From: a virus
IMG/VR virus record: IMGVR_UViG_3300030116_004255
Coordinates: 17,956-81,955 of that record
DNA: 64,000 bases
Direction: 5' to 3' (one strand)
Shown here: positions 1 to 11,400 of the stretch, piece after piece
Layout of the letters: every line of letters starts with the position of its first letter
Numbering within the stretch: position 1 is the first letter of the stretch
The notes under the pieces: model-generated
What the model was told of the DNA's origin: nothing
Seen by the model: the letters and a program-made list of their open reading frames with translations, nothing else
The model's database searches: none
Program-made: the position numbers and the translations under genes

Positions 1-2
1 CC

Positions 3-3000
3 GTCTGCAAGAGTTAGATCAAGATCCGTTGCTGATGTACCGACATTTGTAAATTCTATAGGATCTGAACTACCATCAGCTAAGGTAAGTGGCATTTCGT
101 CATTAACGCTAAATGTTGCGCTTGCTGCAAAGTTAGACTTAGCTACTTTCTTTAGTGCATTAGCGCTTCCGTCATAAACAACAATAAGATCTGTTTCTGC
201 TGGCGAACTATCTTCTGTTAAAGCTGTAATAGCAGCAGTTGTTATACCAGTTGCATTACCCTCAAATGTACCTGCAACAAATGTTTCAGATCCAACAGTC
301 CACTTGTCTGTTGATTCGTTCCATATAAGTGTTTTATTAGTATCGTCACCTCTTTCAATTTCAATACCACCGTTCTCTGAAGCAGAGCCAGTTGCATTGG
401 AATTGATAACTATGACATTATCAGCTAAGTTTATTGTTTCTGTATTAACAGTTGTTGTTGTACCTGATACAGTTAAGTTTCCTGATACTACTAGATCATT
501 GAAAGTCACATTAGAAGTTGTAGCAACAGCCTGTCCAATAGCTACTTCACCAGAAGAAATAGTCACTCCTGTACCGCCTGTGACATAACTATCTATCTTG
601 GTTTGTACTCTTGCATCTGTGTAATATAGATTTGAAGATCCCTCACTAAGATTATCTGTGTCCTTTGTAGCAAGTCTTGTATCAAACGCAGTATTTACTC
701 TTGCGTCTGTGTAATACAAGTTTGTTGAACCTTCGCCAATATCGTCGGTATCAGCAGTAAAGTTAACAAAAGCAGAACCATTATATTTAATTAACTGACC
801 ATTTGAAGGGGAAGTTATTGTTGTATCAGTCAAACCTGACAAAGTTGCTGTGACATCTCCAGGCTCAAATCTAGAGTTAGAGGAACTATAAACTAGTGCT
901 TGTCCGTCTGATACAGAAGTAGTAATTACATCGCTTAGATCTGCAATAGAAACAGTACCAAAGTCTATATCTATTTCGTCATTTGTAGTATCGTTTGTGA
1001 CAGTTATTTTGGCGGATCCAGCATTGATACCTCTAAATTCAAGATCTTCACCTGTCTTTTGTTTAAATACTCCAATACCTGCTGTGTTTTGATTAGATGC
1101 TGTATTAACTTCACCTGATCCAGATAAGCCACCAAGAGAGGACAGAACGAAACCACCAGAAGTGTCGCTATAAGAAACAACTTTTGCGTCGTCGCTTGAT
1201 GTTGGATCGCTAAACAATACATCGTTTAGATCGTTTAGATCGGCTGCTGCAATTCTTGCGTCTGCTCTAGCGTTAGTAAAGTAAAGGTTTGTTCCACCTT
1301 CAGCAAGACTATCTGTAAAGCTAGGTACATCTGTTGTGTATGCAACAGTTCCAGATTGATTTTTAAATGTTATTGTTCTATCAGCAGTTGGATTAGCAAC
1401 TGTTAATTTTGTTTCAAAACCATTTAAAGAACTACCTTCAAATTTAATAGTTCTTCCTGCGTGTAAATGTAAGCCATCATCGTTAAATTCTGCTACTTTA
1501 CTTGAACTTGTGACTATTTCTAAAGCACCTTTGCTACCAACTGTATCTATTCGTCCCTGTATACTTGCATACTTAAAGTCGCCACCATCACCTGAACCAG
1601 ATGAATTACCATAAAAGTTTATTGTTCCTAATGTGTCGCCTGAACCACCAATGTCTGTTCCACCACCAGCAGGACTATCGCTGTCTGTATAAAAATCTAA
1701 AGCTGGTCCAAAGAAAGTATTGCTACCACTAGCATATAATCTTGTTCCTGTACCAAAAATAGGTGTATCTGTATTAACCCAAGCTGAACCATTGTAAGCA
1801 AGTATTTCGTTTGTTGCTAAAGAGCTTATTGTTGTATCGCTTAAACCTGTAAGACTTGAAGTGACATCACCAGGTTCAAATTCACTATTGCTTGCGTTCC
1901 ATACTAGAGCTTGACCACTAGTAGGTGCAGATGTTGTTATATCTACATCTGATAGATCACCGACACTTGCAGCAGATATTCTTGCGTCAGCTCTAGTGTC
2001 TGTGTAATAAAGATTATTAGGACCTTCACTGAGATTATCAGTATTTTTAGTAGCCAACCTAGTGTCAAAAGCTGAATTGACACGAGTATCTGTGTAATAT
2101 AAATTGCTTGAACCTTCTGACAAGCTGTCAGTATCGTGATTGGAAATACTGCTTACTGTTCCTGTGACATTACCAGTCACATTACCAGTTAAGTTTCCTG
2201 TAAATGTAGAGTAGATACTTCCTGCATCAAATCTTTCTGAGCCAACAGTCCATTTATCATCTGATTCATCCCAAATTAAAGTTTTATTTGTAGAAGTACC
2301 ACGCTCTATTTCTATACCTGCGTTTTCACTTGGCGTTCCTGTGACATTGTTATTTAAAACTATTATGTTGTCGTCAACTGTTAATGTTTCAGTATTAATT
2401 GTTGTTGTTGTTCCACTTACAGTAAGATCTCCAGATACAGTCAGATCATTAAAAGTGACATCACTTGTAGTTCCTACTGCTTGACCAATACTTATTTGAC
2501 CTGAAGATAAAGTGACGCCTGTTCCAGCACTAAAGTGTGATCTAACTTCGCTTGCACTAGGTCCTGTATAAGTTATAACACCAGTGCTTGAATTGTATGC
2601 TAAAGATCCGTCACCACCACTATCAGTGACACTTATAGCACTTCTTGATCTTGCGTCTGTATAGTAAAGATTGCTACTACCTTCTGTAAGGTTGTCTGTT
2701 GTACTTGCACTTAAACTTGAACCAGCAACAGAAACGACAGAGTCTCCACCCATACCTGAGTGTGCAGAACAGTAATAGTATAGAGTGTCTGGTGTTGCTG
2801 CGTTAACGACTATTTGAGTATATGCACCTGAAGATCCTGGTGATCCATTTGTTGTGACACTAGTTGTATATGCAGATCCAGAGTTATGTGTACCGTCTTT
2901 AGTTGTAGACAATACTAATGGGTGTCCATTGTTAGAACTGTCGCTTTGATCAAACCTATATGTGACACCAGGTATAAGCTGTATGCTTGCAGCAGTTTCT

Positions 3001-5786
3001 CCGTCTAAATGATATTTGTTTCCACTAACATTTGCTACTGTGACTGCAAATTCAATTATTGCAGTATTGCTTTCAAAATTAACTGTTTTATTGGTTAGTG
3101 TGTCTGTGCTTGTAGGTGTAAAATCTGCGCTCAGTGATCCTGAAGAATAGGTAAGTCCAGTTCCAATTTCGTTTTCGCCTATTAACTCAACCCAGTTTCC
3201 TGCGTGTGCGTAATATGCTCTACCTGTGCCGTGAACATGAGCAAACATACCATGATAAGTTGAGGCGCTAGGTAGATCACTCTCATTTGAATATATGTTT
3301 GCAAATAATACTTTTTGTCCATTCATATCAAGATCTGAACTATTATCAAAAGCTATTGTTCCAGAACTAAAACTTATATTTGTACCACCACTAAAACTAG
3401 AAAGAGTTGTAAAAGCAGAAGTAGAGTTGTCATAGTTTGACAAGTCATTATCTACAACAAAGTCATAATTATTATTTGCATCGTCATAAGTAATAGTAAT
3501 AAGTGTCTGTGTTCCCATAGTAAGAGCTGTTCCAAGTGCGTCTTGTGCTCTTTCATTTGTAAAGTATAGATTTGTAGAACCTTCAGATAAATTGTCAGTA
3601 TCAAACGCTGACATATTGACAGCAACAGTTGGGGTAGCTGTTTCACCACTGTTGTTAGAAAGTGTTATACCTGTTCCAGCAACAAGACTTGCTACATAAG
3701 CACCCTCAGTATCAGTTCCCAAGTTAAGAGGTTCATTTACAAAAGCAGAACCGTTATATCTAAGTATGTCACCTGTTGTAGTTGAAGTCAGTGTGACATC
3801 TGTTAGATCTCCAATACTAGCTGCTGCTATACGAGCATCTGCTCTAGCGTTTGTATAATAAAGATTTGTGCTACCTTCTGATAAGTCGTCAGTATCTTTT
3901 GTTGCGAGTCTAGTATCAAAAGCACTGTTGACTCTGGCATCTGTATAATAAAGGTTTGTACTTCCCTCACTTAAATCATCTGTGTCTTTAGCTGTAAATG
4001 CACTATCAAATCTTGCTTGTGTGTAGTAAAGGTTGCTTGATCCTTCAGAGAGATCGTCGGTAGTATTGTTAGAAAGATCATCCTCAGTTGCAGATATTGT
4101 TAATGTTCCAGCAGCGTCATCATAAGTAAGACTTACATTTGATCCTGCTGTTAATAATGTATTAACTTGATCATCTACTCGTTCAGCAGTGAAGTATAAA
4201 TTAGAAGATCCTTCACTCAAACTATCTGTATCGTGATTTGAAATACTAGAAACTGTACCAGTGACAGTACCTTCTAAGTTTGCGATTAATGTACCAACAG
4301 TGTGTCCAGTTGCAGTTATGTCAACAGTAGAGGTTGGCTCAGTCTGTAATCCGTGAAATAATCTAAATTTATCAGATTGGCTTGCGTCCCAAACTAAACC
4401 TGCATATTTTGTTGTTGATGATTGTACATATTCACCATAGAAACCAATATCAACTGAGTTTCCAGAGTTTTCGTCAGCATACTTAAATAATGGATCATTG
4501 ACAGTCACAGTAGTTGAGTCAACTGTTGTAGTAGTTCCCTGTACTGTTAAGTTTCCTGTAATTGTTGCATTACCAGCAACACTAATATTTGTAGATGTAA
4601 TGTCGTCAGAAGTTAATGTTCCGTCAACTTGTACATTGTTAAACTGTACATTATCAGTAGTTCCTACGGCCTGACCAATAGATATTTCGCCAGACGAAAT
4701 ACCAACACCTGTTCCTGCACTAAAATGCGCTCTGACCTCTGATGCTGATGGACCTGTGTAAGTAAACACTCCTGTCGTGTTGTCATAACTTAGCGATCCA
4801 TCTCCACCAGCATCAGAAACAGATAAACCTGTTAATGTAATAAATGCTGAATTTGTATTTGAATAGTTTGCTAGATCATTATCTACAACAAAATCAAATC
4901 TGTCATTTGTGTCGTCAAAAGATACTGTAATTAAAGTTTCTGTTCCGCCAGTGACCATTGCACCAACTTTATCTGTAAAACTTTCGTCTATTTCAGTTAG
5001 ATCTACAACAAAAGATAAAGTACCTGAGCTTTCAGTAATATCTACACCTGCACCACCAGTAAAGGTAATAGTATTACCTAAAGCAATATCAGTTGAATTG
5101 CTACCGTCAGTGACAGTTATAGAGCTATTAGTAAAAGCTGAGTTTGGTAAATTAGTAATTGTATTACTAGCACCACTTATTGTTTTGTTAGTTAATGTAT
5201 CAGTTGAGCTTTGTGTAATAAGTTCGTCATAAGATTGATTTTCGCCAGCAACCCAACGATTAGCTGAAACATCATAAAATATTCTTGCGTCGTCTGTGTC
5301 GCTTGTTTCGACAATAATACCGCTATCTACTTCGCCATTACCATTATTTAATTTTATAAACGCGTCATCAACATATACGACTTCAGCAGAAGTATTTAAA
5401 AATTCACCAGCAACACTTAAATTACCACCTATTGTCACAGATCCAGAAGTTGTTAATGTATTAAAAGTGACATCATCGCTTGTACCAAGACTTAAACTAT
5501 CTCGTGCTGTTGAACCACTTTCTACAACCCATTGTGTTCCGTCTGAAACTATAAAAGATCCGTCTGCGTGTACTAAGTTAGCTAGTGTAGTGAGATCGGC
5601 GTCATAGGCTTGTACATCAGATCCAATTTGTAGACCTATACCAATTCTTAATGCAGCTAGAGTAGCATAACTTGCACCAGTACCACCATCGTCTAAACCA
5701 ATGTAATCTGCCGATTGAAACTCCGCAAAACCGTCAGGATTTCCTTCGCTATCAATATTCAGCCTTATGGGGTTTTTTTCTGCCAT
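3..5786 (-). CDS. Giant tail fibre/structural protein (>1900 aa, runs off left edge; absent from ORF track)
   Basis: ATG at 5786 overlaps the TAA of the upstream gene (TAATG); reads MAEKNPIRLNIDSEGNPDGFAEF...; T/S/G-rich with about 11 TDxLxEGxxNLY(Y/F)T repeats. Frame checked by spot translation, not codon by codon. Confidence 0.85.
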   Translation of the reverse strand, partial: MAEKNPIRLNIDSEGNPDGFAEFQSADYIGLDDGGTGASYATLAALRIGIGLQIGSDVQAYDADLTTLANLVHADGSFIVSDGTQWVVESGSTARDSLSLGTSDDVTFNTLTTSGSVTIGGNLSVAGEFLNTSAEVVYVDDAFIKLNNGNGEVDSGIIVETSDTDDARIFYDVSANRWVAGENQSYDELITQSSTDTLTNKTISGASNTITNLPNSAFTNSSITVTDGSNSTDIALGNTITFTGGAGVDITESSGTLSFVVDLTEIDESFTDKVGAMVTGGTETLITVSFDDTNDRFDFVVDNDLANYSNTNSAFITLTGLSVSDAGGDGSLSYDNTTGVFTYTGPSASEVRAHFSAGTGVGISSGEISIGQAVGTTDNVQFNNVQVDGTLTSDDITSTNISVAGNATITGNLTVQGTTTTVDSTTVTVNDPLFKYADENSGNSVDIGFYGEYVQSSTTKYAGLVWDASQSDKFRLFHGLQTEPTSTVDITATGHTVGTLIANLEGTVTGTVSSISNHDTDSLSEGSSNLYFTAERVDDQVNTLLTAGSNVSLTYDDAAGTLTISATEDDLSNNTTDDLSEGSSNLYYTQARFDSAFTAKDTDDLSEGSTNLYYTDARVNSAFDTRLATKDTDDLSEGSTNLYYTNARADARIAAASIGDLTDVTLTSTTTGDILRYNGSAFVNEPLNLGTDTEGAYVASLVAGTGITLSNNSGETATPTVAVNMSAFDTDNLSEGSTNLYFTNERAQDALGTALTMGTQTLITITYDDANNNYDFVVDNDLSNYDNSTSAFTTLSSFSGGTNISFSSGTIAFDNSSDLDMNGQKVLFANIYSNESDLPSASTYHGMFAHVHGTGRAYYAHAGNWVELIGENEIGTGLTYSSGSLSADFTPTSTDTLTNKTVNFESNTAIIEFAVTVANVSGNKYHLDGETAASIQLIPGVTYRFDQSDSSNNGHPLVLSTTKDGTHNSGSAYTTSVTTNGSPGSSGAYTQIVVNAATPDTLYYYCSAHSGMGGDSVVSVAGSSLSASTTDNLTEGSSNLYYTDARSRSAISVTDSGGDGSLAYNSSTGVITYTGPSASEVRSHFSAGTGVTLSSGQISIGQAVGTTSDVTFNDLTVSGDLTVSGTTTTINTETLTVDDNIIVLNNNVTGTPSENAGIEIERGTSTNKTLIWDESDDKWTVGSERFDAGSIYSTFTGNLTGNVTGNVTGTVSSISNHDTDSLSEGSSNLYYTDTRVNSAFDTRLATKNTDNLSEGPNNLYYTDTRADARISAASVGDLSDVDITTSAPTSGQALVWNASNSEFEPGDVTSSLTGLSDTTISSLATNEILAYNGSAWVNTDTPIFGTGTRLYASGSNTFFGPALDFYTDSDSPAGGGTDIGGSGDTLGTINFYGNSSGSGDGGDFKYASIQGRIDTVGSKGALEIVTSSSKVAEFNDDGLHLHAGRTIKFEGSSLNGFETKLTVANPTADRTITFKNQSGTVAYTTDVPSFTDSLAEGGTNLYFTNARADARIAAADLNDLNDVLFSDPTSSDDAKVVSYSDTSGGFVLSSLGGLSGSGEVNTASNQNTAGIGVFKQKTGEDLEFRGINAGSAKITVTNDTTNDEIDIDFGTVSIADLSDVITTSVSDGQALVYSSSNSRFEPGDVTATLSGLTDTTITSPSNGQLIKYNGSAFVNFTADTDDIGEGSTNLYYTDARVNTAFDTRLATKDTDNLSEGSSNLYYTDARVQTKIDSYVTGGTGVTISSGEVAIGQAVATTSNVTFNDLVVSGNLTVSGTTTTVNTETINLADNVIVINSNATGSASENGGIEIERGDDTNKTLIWNESTDKWTVGSETFVAGTFEGNATGITTAAITALTEDSSPAETDLIVVYDGSANALKKVAKSNFAASATFSVNDEMPLTLADGSSDPIEFTNVGTSATDLDLTLAD

Positions 5787-6967
5787 TATTCGCTCATATC
5801 TATATTTTCTGTTTCCGTAGTCCCATCAGCTTTAGTTCTTGTGAAAACTAGTGATTTACCGTCTGAGGTTGGGGGCATAATAATTCTGGACAAAGTGCTA
5901 CCGTCTGCTTGTAGAACTTCTATTGCTCTTGTACTCATAGCCACCGTTGATCCACCACCATTTACCGATGCTGTCGTTGTGACAGGAATAAAATGATTTT
6001 TAAGCGGAACACCACTACTCGAACCAGTTTTCAACGCTAGTGGCATTTTACCACTATGACTTAGAGTTATTGGTATCTTGGCTGATAGGTTAACAATCCT
6101 TTGCGTTGCGTCAGTTGTTATATCAAGTTTTCCAGATCTTTCAACTCTATTTATTGAGGGTGTAAAAGTTTCCAAACTTAAAGTATCTGTGGTGCTACTT
6201 GCTGCAACAGTAGTTTCATTTGCTACTGCTATGTTTTGAAATATGTTTTGTGATCCTGATCCGCTAGCAGTGGAGGTTATAGTTATTTGATCATTGTTAG
6301 AATCAGAAGTTAATGTAATACCGCTACCTGCAATAAAAGTAAGTGTGTCTGAAGAGGAGTCTGCTACTACTGAAGATCCACTAGCACTTCCAGATCCAGC
6401 ACTTACGCCGAAATTTGTAAAAGCATTTGCTGCTGTGTTGGTGTTTGCAATAGTGACTTTTTTTGGTGTAGCACTTGTATCCGTGCTGATAGAAATACCA
6501 GAACCAGCCTCAAACTCTACATTTTCAGAAGTTGAACTAGCTGATATTGTGGTATTACCATTTACAACAATTCCTGCAAAAGCATATTGTGCTGTTGCTG
6601 GTGTTGACCAAGATATATTACCTAACCCATCTGTTGTTAATACTTGTCCAGAATCACCGTCAGAACCGTTAATTCTTAATTTAGCTGAAAGAATATCAAT
6701 TCTTTGTGAACTATCAATTTTTAAAGCCTCAGTGCTTGCAGTACCAAATTTTATATATGTATTTGACGCAGTAGTACCAATAGATAAATTACCGTCTGAT
6801 ACTACTGTTTGTCCGTCAAGATATAAGTTATCGTTTAAAGATACGATTTGCACAGTTGCATTTGATAGGGTATATCCTTCGCCAGAACTAGAGCTGTCGA
6901 AAAAATCGTCTTGTGTTGTTAAATTGTTTATTTCTAAAGTTGATCTGCTATGTGTTGTTAAAGACAT
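5786..6967 (-). CDS. Tail fibre-like structural protein
   Basis: S/T/G-rich; GQVLTTDGLGNISW and DTLTFIAGSGITL fibre-type motifs. Confidence 0.75.
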   Translation of the reverse strand: MSLTTHSRSTLEINNLTTQDDFFDSSSSGEGYTLSNATVQIVSLNDNLYLDGQTVVSDGNLSIGTTASNTYIKFGTASTEALKIDSSQRIDILSAKLRINGSDGDSGQVLTTDGLGNISWSTPATAQYAFAGIVVNGNTTISASSTSENVEFEAGSGISISTDTSATPKKVTIANTNTAANAFTNFGVSAGSGSASGSSVVADSSSDTLTFIAGSGITLTSDSNNDQITITSTASGSGSQNIFQNIAVANETTVAASSTTDTLSLETFTPSINRVERSGKLDITTDATQRIVNLSAKIPITLSHSGKMPLALKTGSSSGVPLKNHFIPVTTTASVNGGGSTVAMSTRAIEVLQADGSTLSRIIMPPTSDGKSLVFTRTKADGTTETENIDMSE

Positions 6968-7205
6968 TGCTTAACTCCTGTATGTCGTAAGAACCCCCTA
7001 AACTTACATATACATCTTTTAAATTCTTTGTTTTACTTTTAAGGTCTTCTAACTGATATTTCCACTCTTCATAATCAGGGTGAGATTGATCAAGTGGTTC
7101 TAATAAAATAGTGAATATCTGGACTTCGCTTTGTAGTATTTGATCAATTAAAAATCTTCTTTTTAATTTGTCGTTAAATACATTAAATTCATAAGATTCA
7201 GACAT
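6948..7205 (-). CDS. Hypothetical protein
   Basis: GGGAG RBS; in tail operon. Confidence 0.7.
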   Translation of the reverse strand: MSESYEFNVFNDKLKRRFLIDQILQSEVQIFTILLEPLDQSHPDYEEWKYQLEDLKSKTKNLKDVYVSLGGSYDIQELSNVFNNT

Positions 7206-7264
7206 AGACTCCCTATTAGATACTTTTTATATTACTTAGGGATTTTTGGATTTAAGGTTTTTGG

Positions 7265-7456
7265 TTATTCCTGCAATTCAGTAAGTTTAGCTTTTAGATC
7301 TGTAATTCTATCTGTAAGAATAGCAATTTCATTATCGTGGCCACCTTCAGCATTTGAAAGTTCCATTTCAAATATTCTTTCCTCTTCACTTTTAATTCTT
7401 GCTTGAACGAAAGCTATTTGATCTTCAGTTGATAAGTATTCGTATGTATAAGGCAT
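7265..7456 (-). CDS. Small coiled-coil protein
   Basis: 63 aa acidic coiled coil, similar in character to 8227-8439. Confidence 0.65.
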   Translation of the reverse strand: MPYTYEYLSTEDQIAFVQARIKSEEERIFEMELSNAEGGHDNEIAILTDRITDLKAKLTELQE

Positions 7457-7465
7457 AGTTAAATA

Positions 7466-8230
7466 CTACCTTTTATCTTTAAATCTTTGAGTAATTGCTC
7501 TATAAGAGTTTTTGAATTTAGAATTAAGTTCACTCTTTTCAACTCTATCTAAATCTATATCTTTTTGTGTCATTTGATCAACTTTAAAATCCCAATCTTC
7601 TCTTTTAAAAGGTATGACTTGTATAAAAGGCGTTCCTCTGTCTATGACTACATCTTTTGTTGAGTGCCATATTGTAGGAAAGTTTATGTGGTGATAGTGA
7701 TCTGTTTCTACTATGCCAGGCAACACAGTAAATCTTTTTTCAAACTGATACACAGGTTGCATAAATAAAACTGAATATCCTGGTGGTGTGTAAATGCGCC
7801 ACGGATTATTAAATTTTACCCCTTCTTTAAAATCTGTTTTCTTTAATGGCCAATTATATATTTGTTGATTCGAGTGAAAATCTATACCATATTGGGACAT
7901 ACCTTTATTGTCCCACTCCAAAGTTTCCATATCTCTTTGAACTAAAAAGTCAGCCCACATTGGAATAATATAACCCTGAGTTATTAGATCGACAATAGCA
8001 GGACATCTTTTTACTGTTCCACCACTCCATTTAATAGCCGTTTCTTTTGATTTTCCAAAGTAATTTGGTTTACCTTTTTCGTGAACAGCTTCTTGAATTA
8101 TGTATTCATTCATACTTTTAAACCAATTAGGTATAAAAAATTTAGATGGTTTTATACGAGCATAATTTTCAAGACCTGCAACATCCGTCTTAAATTCTAT
8201 AAACTTGTTTCCCCCCAAATCAAATTTCAA
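7466..8230 (-). CDS. Conserved phage protein, possible dUTPase-like beta fold
   Basis: KRCPAI..GYIIP, FNNPW..TPPGYS, LPGIVETD, GTPFIQVIPFKRE motifs, recognised from aquatic phage proteins. Confidence 0.55.
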   Translation of the reverse strand: MKFDLGGNKFIEFKTDVAGLENYARIKPSKFFIPNWFKSMNEYIIQEAVHEKGKPNYFGKSKETAIKWSGGTVKRCPAIVDLITQGYIIPMWADFLVQRDMETLEWDNKGMSQYGIDFHSNQQIYNWPLKKTDFKEGVKFNNPWRIYTPPGYSVLFMQPVYQFEKRFTVLPGIVETDHYHHINFPTIWHSTKDVVIDRGTPFIQVIPFKREDWDFKVDQMTQKDIDLDRVEKSELNSKFKNSYRAITQRFKDKR

Positions 8231-8439
8231 TCGAATGTACCTCCTGCATCAGTATATTCAGTAGCTTTAGCGTTAATTTCATTTTCTATTTCGGTAAGAA
8301 TGTCATCTTCTTTATCAGTTCTATTTTTGTAATTGTAATGTTTCATTTCAAGTTCTTGCAATTCATCTTTAAGTCTTTCAAGTAATTCTTCATTAGACTC
8401 TGATTCTGGCTCTTCAAAAATTTTATATGTTATAGTCAT
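8227..8439 (-). CDS. Small coiled-coil protein
   Basis: 70 aa, coupled to neighbours. Confidence 0.65.
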   Translation of the reverse strand: MTITYKIFEEPESESNEELLERLKDELQELEMKHYNYKNRTDKEDDILTEIENEINAKATEYTDAGGTFD

Positions 8440-11400
8440 TAAGCACCTTCTAGCTCATCTATTCTTGCTTCTAATACATCTATCTTAGCTGATAATTGCT
8501 GAACTGCTTTTACTAATGGTCCTACAAATTGTGTATAGTCGACTCTTCCAAAGTCATCTGAATCACTTGTATAACTTTTATCTGTTTCAGTTATATCACC
8601 TATCTTTAAGCCACCAAAAGCATTATTACTCCCTGTTTCTGCAAACACAGCACTTTTAACTTCCTGTGCTATAAAACCCTGTTGAGTATTTCCAACTAAA
8701 CTTTTATATTTAGATGCTTCATCGTTATCATCGCTATACTCATTGTCTAAATATGATGATTTCCAATTAAAATCTCTTGGTTGTAATCTATTAATGAAAT
8801 CAAGACCTAATGTTATGTCTGTAATATTTTCTTTAAGTCTTTCATCAGAGTGACTCACATCAAATCTGTGTTGAGTGATTTGTCCATTTACATAGTTTTG
8901 ATTTGCGTAGTTTGAGTGATTATGATTATTACCTGTTATTCCGTGTGGGTTTGTGGAGTTCATAACATGGCTAACTGAAAGTAAGCCGTTATGTGTATTG
9001 TGTATTCCACTATGATTGTGTGCGTTTCCATCTATATTATTGTTTGTTAAGTTTGAATTACCATTTCCATTTCCATTACCATTACCAGTTCCGTATGGGT
9101 GATTATGTCCTGCTGAAATATTAGTGCTATTATTTCCAAAACTTAAATTTATATTTCCATTTGAATTGTTAATGGTTATACCATTTGAGTTGTTAGAAAA
9201 GTTAGAAGTTGTTTCGACATTACCCCAAGACATACCATTTCCATTACTTTTTAACACTTGACCTGAATTACCTGTATTACCTGATAATGACAAAGCTGTA
9301 CTAACAGGTGTATAAATAGTCAAATTTGAAGTTGATGATCCTGATAGTGTAAGACCTTCTGCTCTAAGTTCCATATCACCCTGACCAGATAATCCACCTG
9401 CATATATCTGTATATCATCCCCTATTTCATAACCATAAATTCTAAATATATCAGTTCCAACAGCTTCTATAATTCCTCTTGTTCCTGAACTATAAATAAA
9501 GTCAATAGCAGAGCCTAAAGCAGCACCTATTTTTACTCTATTAGCACCTGTCGAAGATTGTATAATTCCATTAGATCCACCACTTAAAGATGTGTCAACA
9601 GTTCCACTTATTGTTCCCCTAGCAGTCACATCATTAAAGAAAGCATCGCCATCTGACTCAATGCGGAAACCCTGACTAGAACTATAATTTGTAGTTCTTA
9701 TATTGTCGCTATCAATAGTTATTCCACCTAAAGTTCCACTTGTTAAAGCATCACCATCTTGAAAAGGTGTAAAATTTAGTTGGTTAGTTGTTATAGTGCT
9801 TGAAGCTATTTGACTTGCTGTAATAGAGTCAGCAGTAATTTTACCACCATCAATAGTCGTAGAGTTTGAGTTTACATCACTTGCTGCACCACTAACTTGA
9901 ATAAAACTAGTATTTAATAAAGAAGCATTTAAAGTTCCTGTTGTAATATCACTAGCGTTTAGTGATCCTCTTATAGTTGCATTTTGAAACTCAGCGCTAC
10001 CATCAGAATTTATAGACCAACCTGCTGATCCTGTTGAATAATTAGATGATTTTATAATAGAGTCATTACCAGTATCGCCACTAGCGTCAAGAATTATTGT
10101 CTGTCCTGATATTGTACCTGCGGTGACTTTGCCTGCTGAAACATCAGCAACTTTTAAATCTGTTATTGCTGCATTAGCTATAAGTGCATTTGTGACAGCT
10201 AGGTTTGCAATATTTTGTGAATCAACTAAATCTGCACTACCGCTTTGTTCGTCAGAGGGTTCAGACTCATTACCAGAACTATCAACTGCTGTCACTCTAA
10301 AGTAATGAGTATCTGCATTATCTAGATCTATGTAGCCAACAGCAGCAATACTATTTTGTATATGTGCAGATGTTGCAACTAACTCACCAATTTTAAAACC
10401 TGTTTGTGTGACTTTTTTTGTTGTTGAGTTATATTCAAGATCAAAACCAGTAGTGGTTGAAGCATATATATTTAAATGGCTAATATCTTTTGCAAGTGTA
10501 AAGTTTACAACTGGACTTACTGCATTACCATTGCTATCTTTTGCTTGTCCTAAGTTATGTACAAATTGAACTCTTAGTGGATTTGAGGCAATAGTTGCAA
10601 ATCCGTCTGGTTTGTTTGGTGCGCCTGAGTCAGCAGGGGTTTGTATTGAACTAACTGTTGAGTATGCACTGTCAAAACCTGCTAAGTCAACTGCTTGAAC
10701 ACCTATCTCATAATAAGTATTAGGTGAAAGATCATAAATAATAAATTCTCTTGTATCAAACTCAACTGCTGAATATACATATTGAGTAGCTTGGTTATCA
10801 TTAGTGTCAATAATATTATTACCGTCACTATCTTGAACTACACGCCATCTAATTCTGTAATAATCACCGTCAGTAATTGTAGATCCGTCAGTGTTGGTCG
10901 GTTGATTCCAAGTGACTTTTACAAATGCTTTAGATATACCATTACCGTCTGAGTAAACACCAGCAACAGTATCTATACCATTATTACCAGCAGAGTTAAC
11001 AGGTTGATCTGGAATAGACTTATCTGGGGAACCTGTTTGGTCAACAGTATAACCACTCATTCCCAAACTCTCGCCAATAGTAGGTGCGACATCGCCAATT
11101 TCTAATTGGACATCTCCACTTTCCCAAAGTACATAATCAGTAAGTTCTGTATAGTTTCCATCTTTATCTCTGTAAAAAACACCATAACCCTGTTTCACAG
11201 GCCAAGTGACACCTAATATTCTTATCTTTGACGGATTAAGTATTTGTCCCTGATAAACAGTTTCGTGTAATGAAGATCTCCCATCTTCTATTCTGTCTGC
11301 TTCTGTATCTACAAAACCTATATCAGGATCAAAAATAAAAATTTTATCGCCGACTGTAAAGTCTCCAGATATGTCATACTCCTCTAAAGAAACATTTAAA

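Noticed and set aside
600-4240. DGR template/variable repeats among fibre repeats
   Set aside because: Differences look synonymous-type rather than adenine-specific, and no reverse transcriptase is present.
304-6974. Plus-strand Val/Ser/Pro-rich ORFs in the ORF track
   Set aside because: Antisense shadows of Thr/Gly-rich fibre genes.
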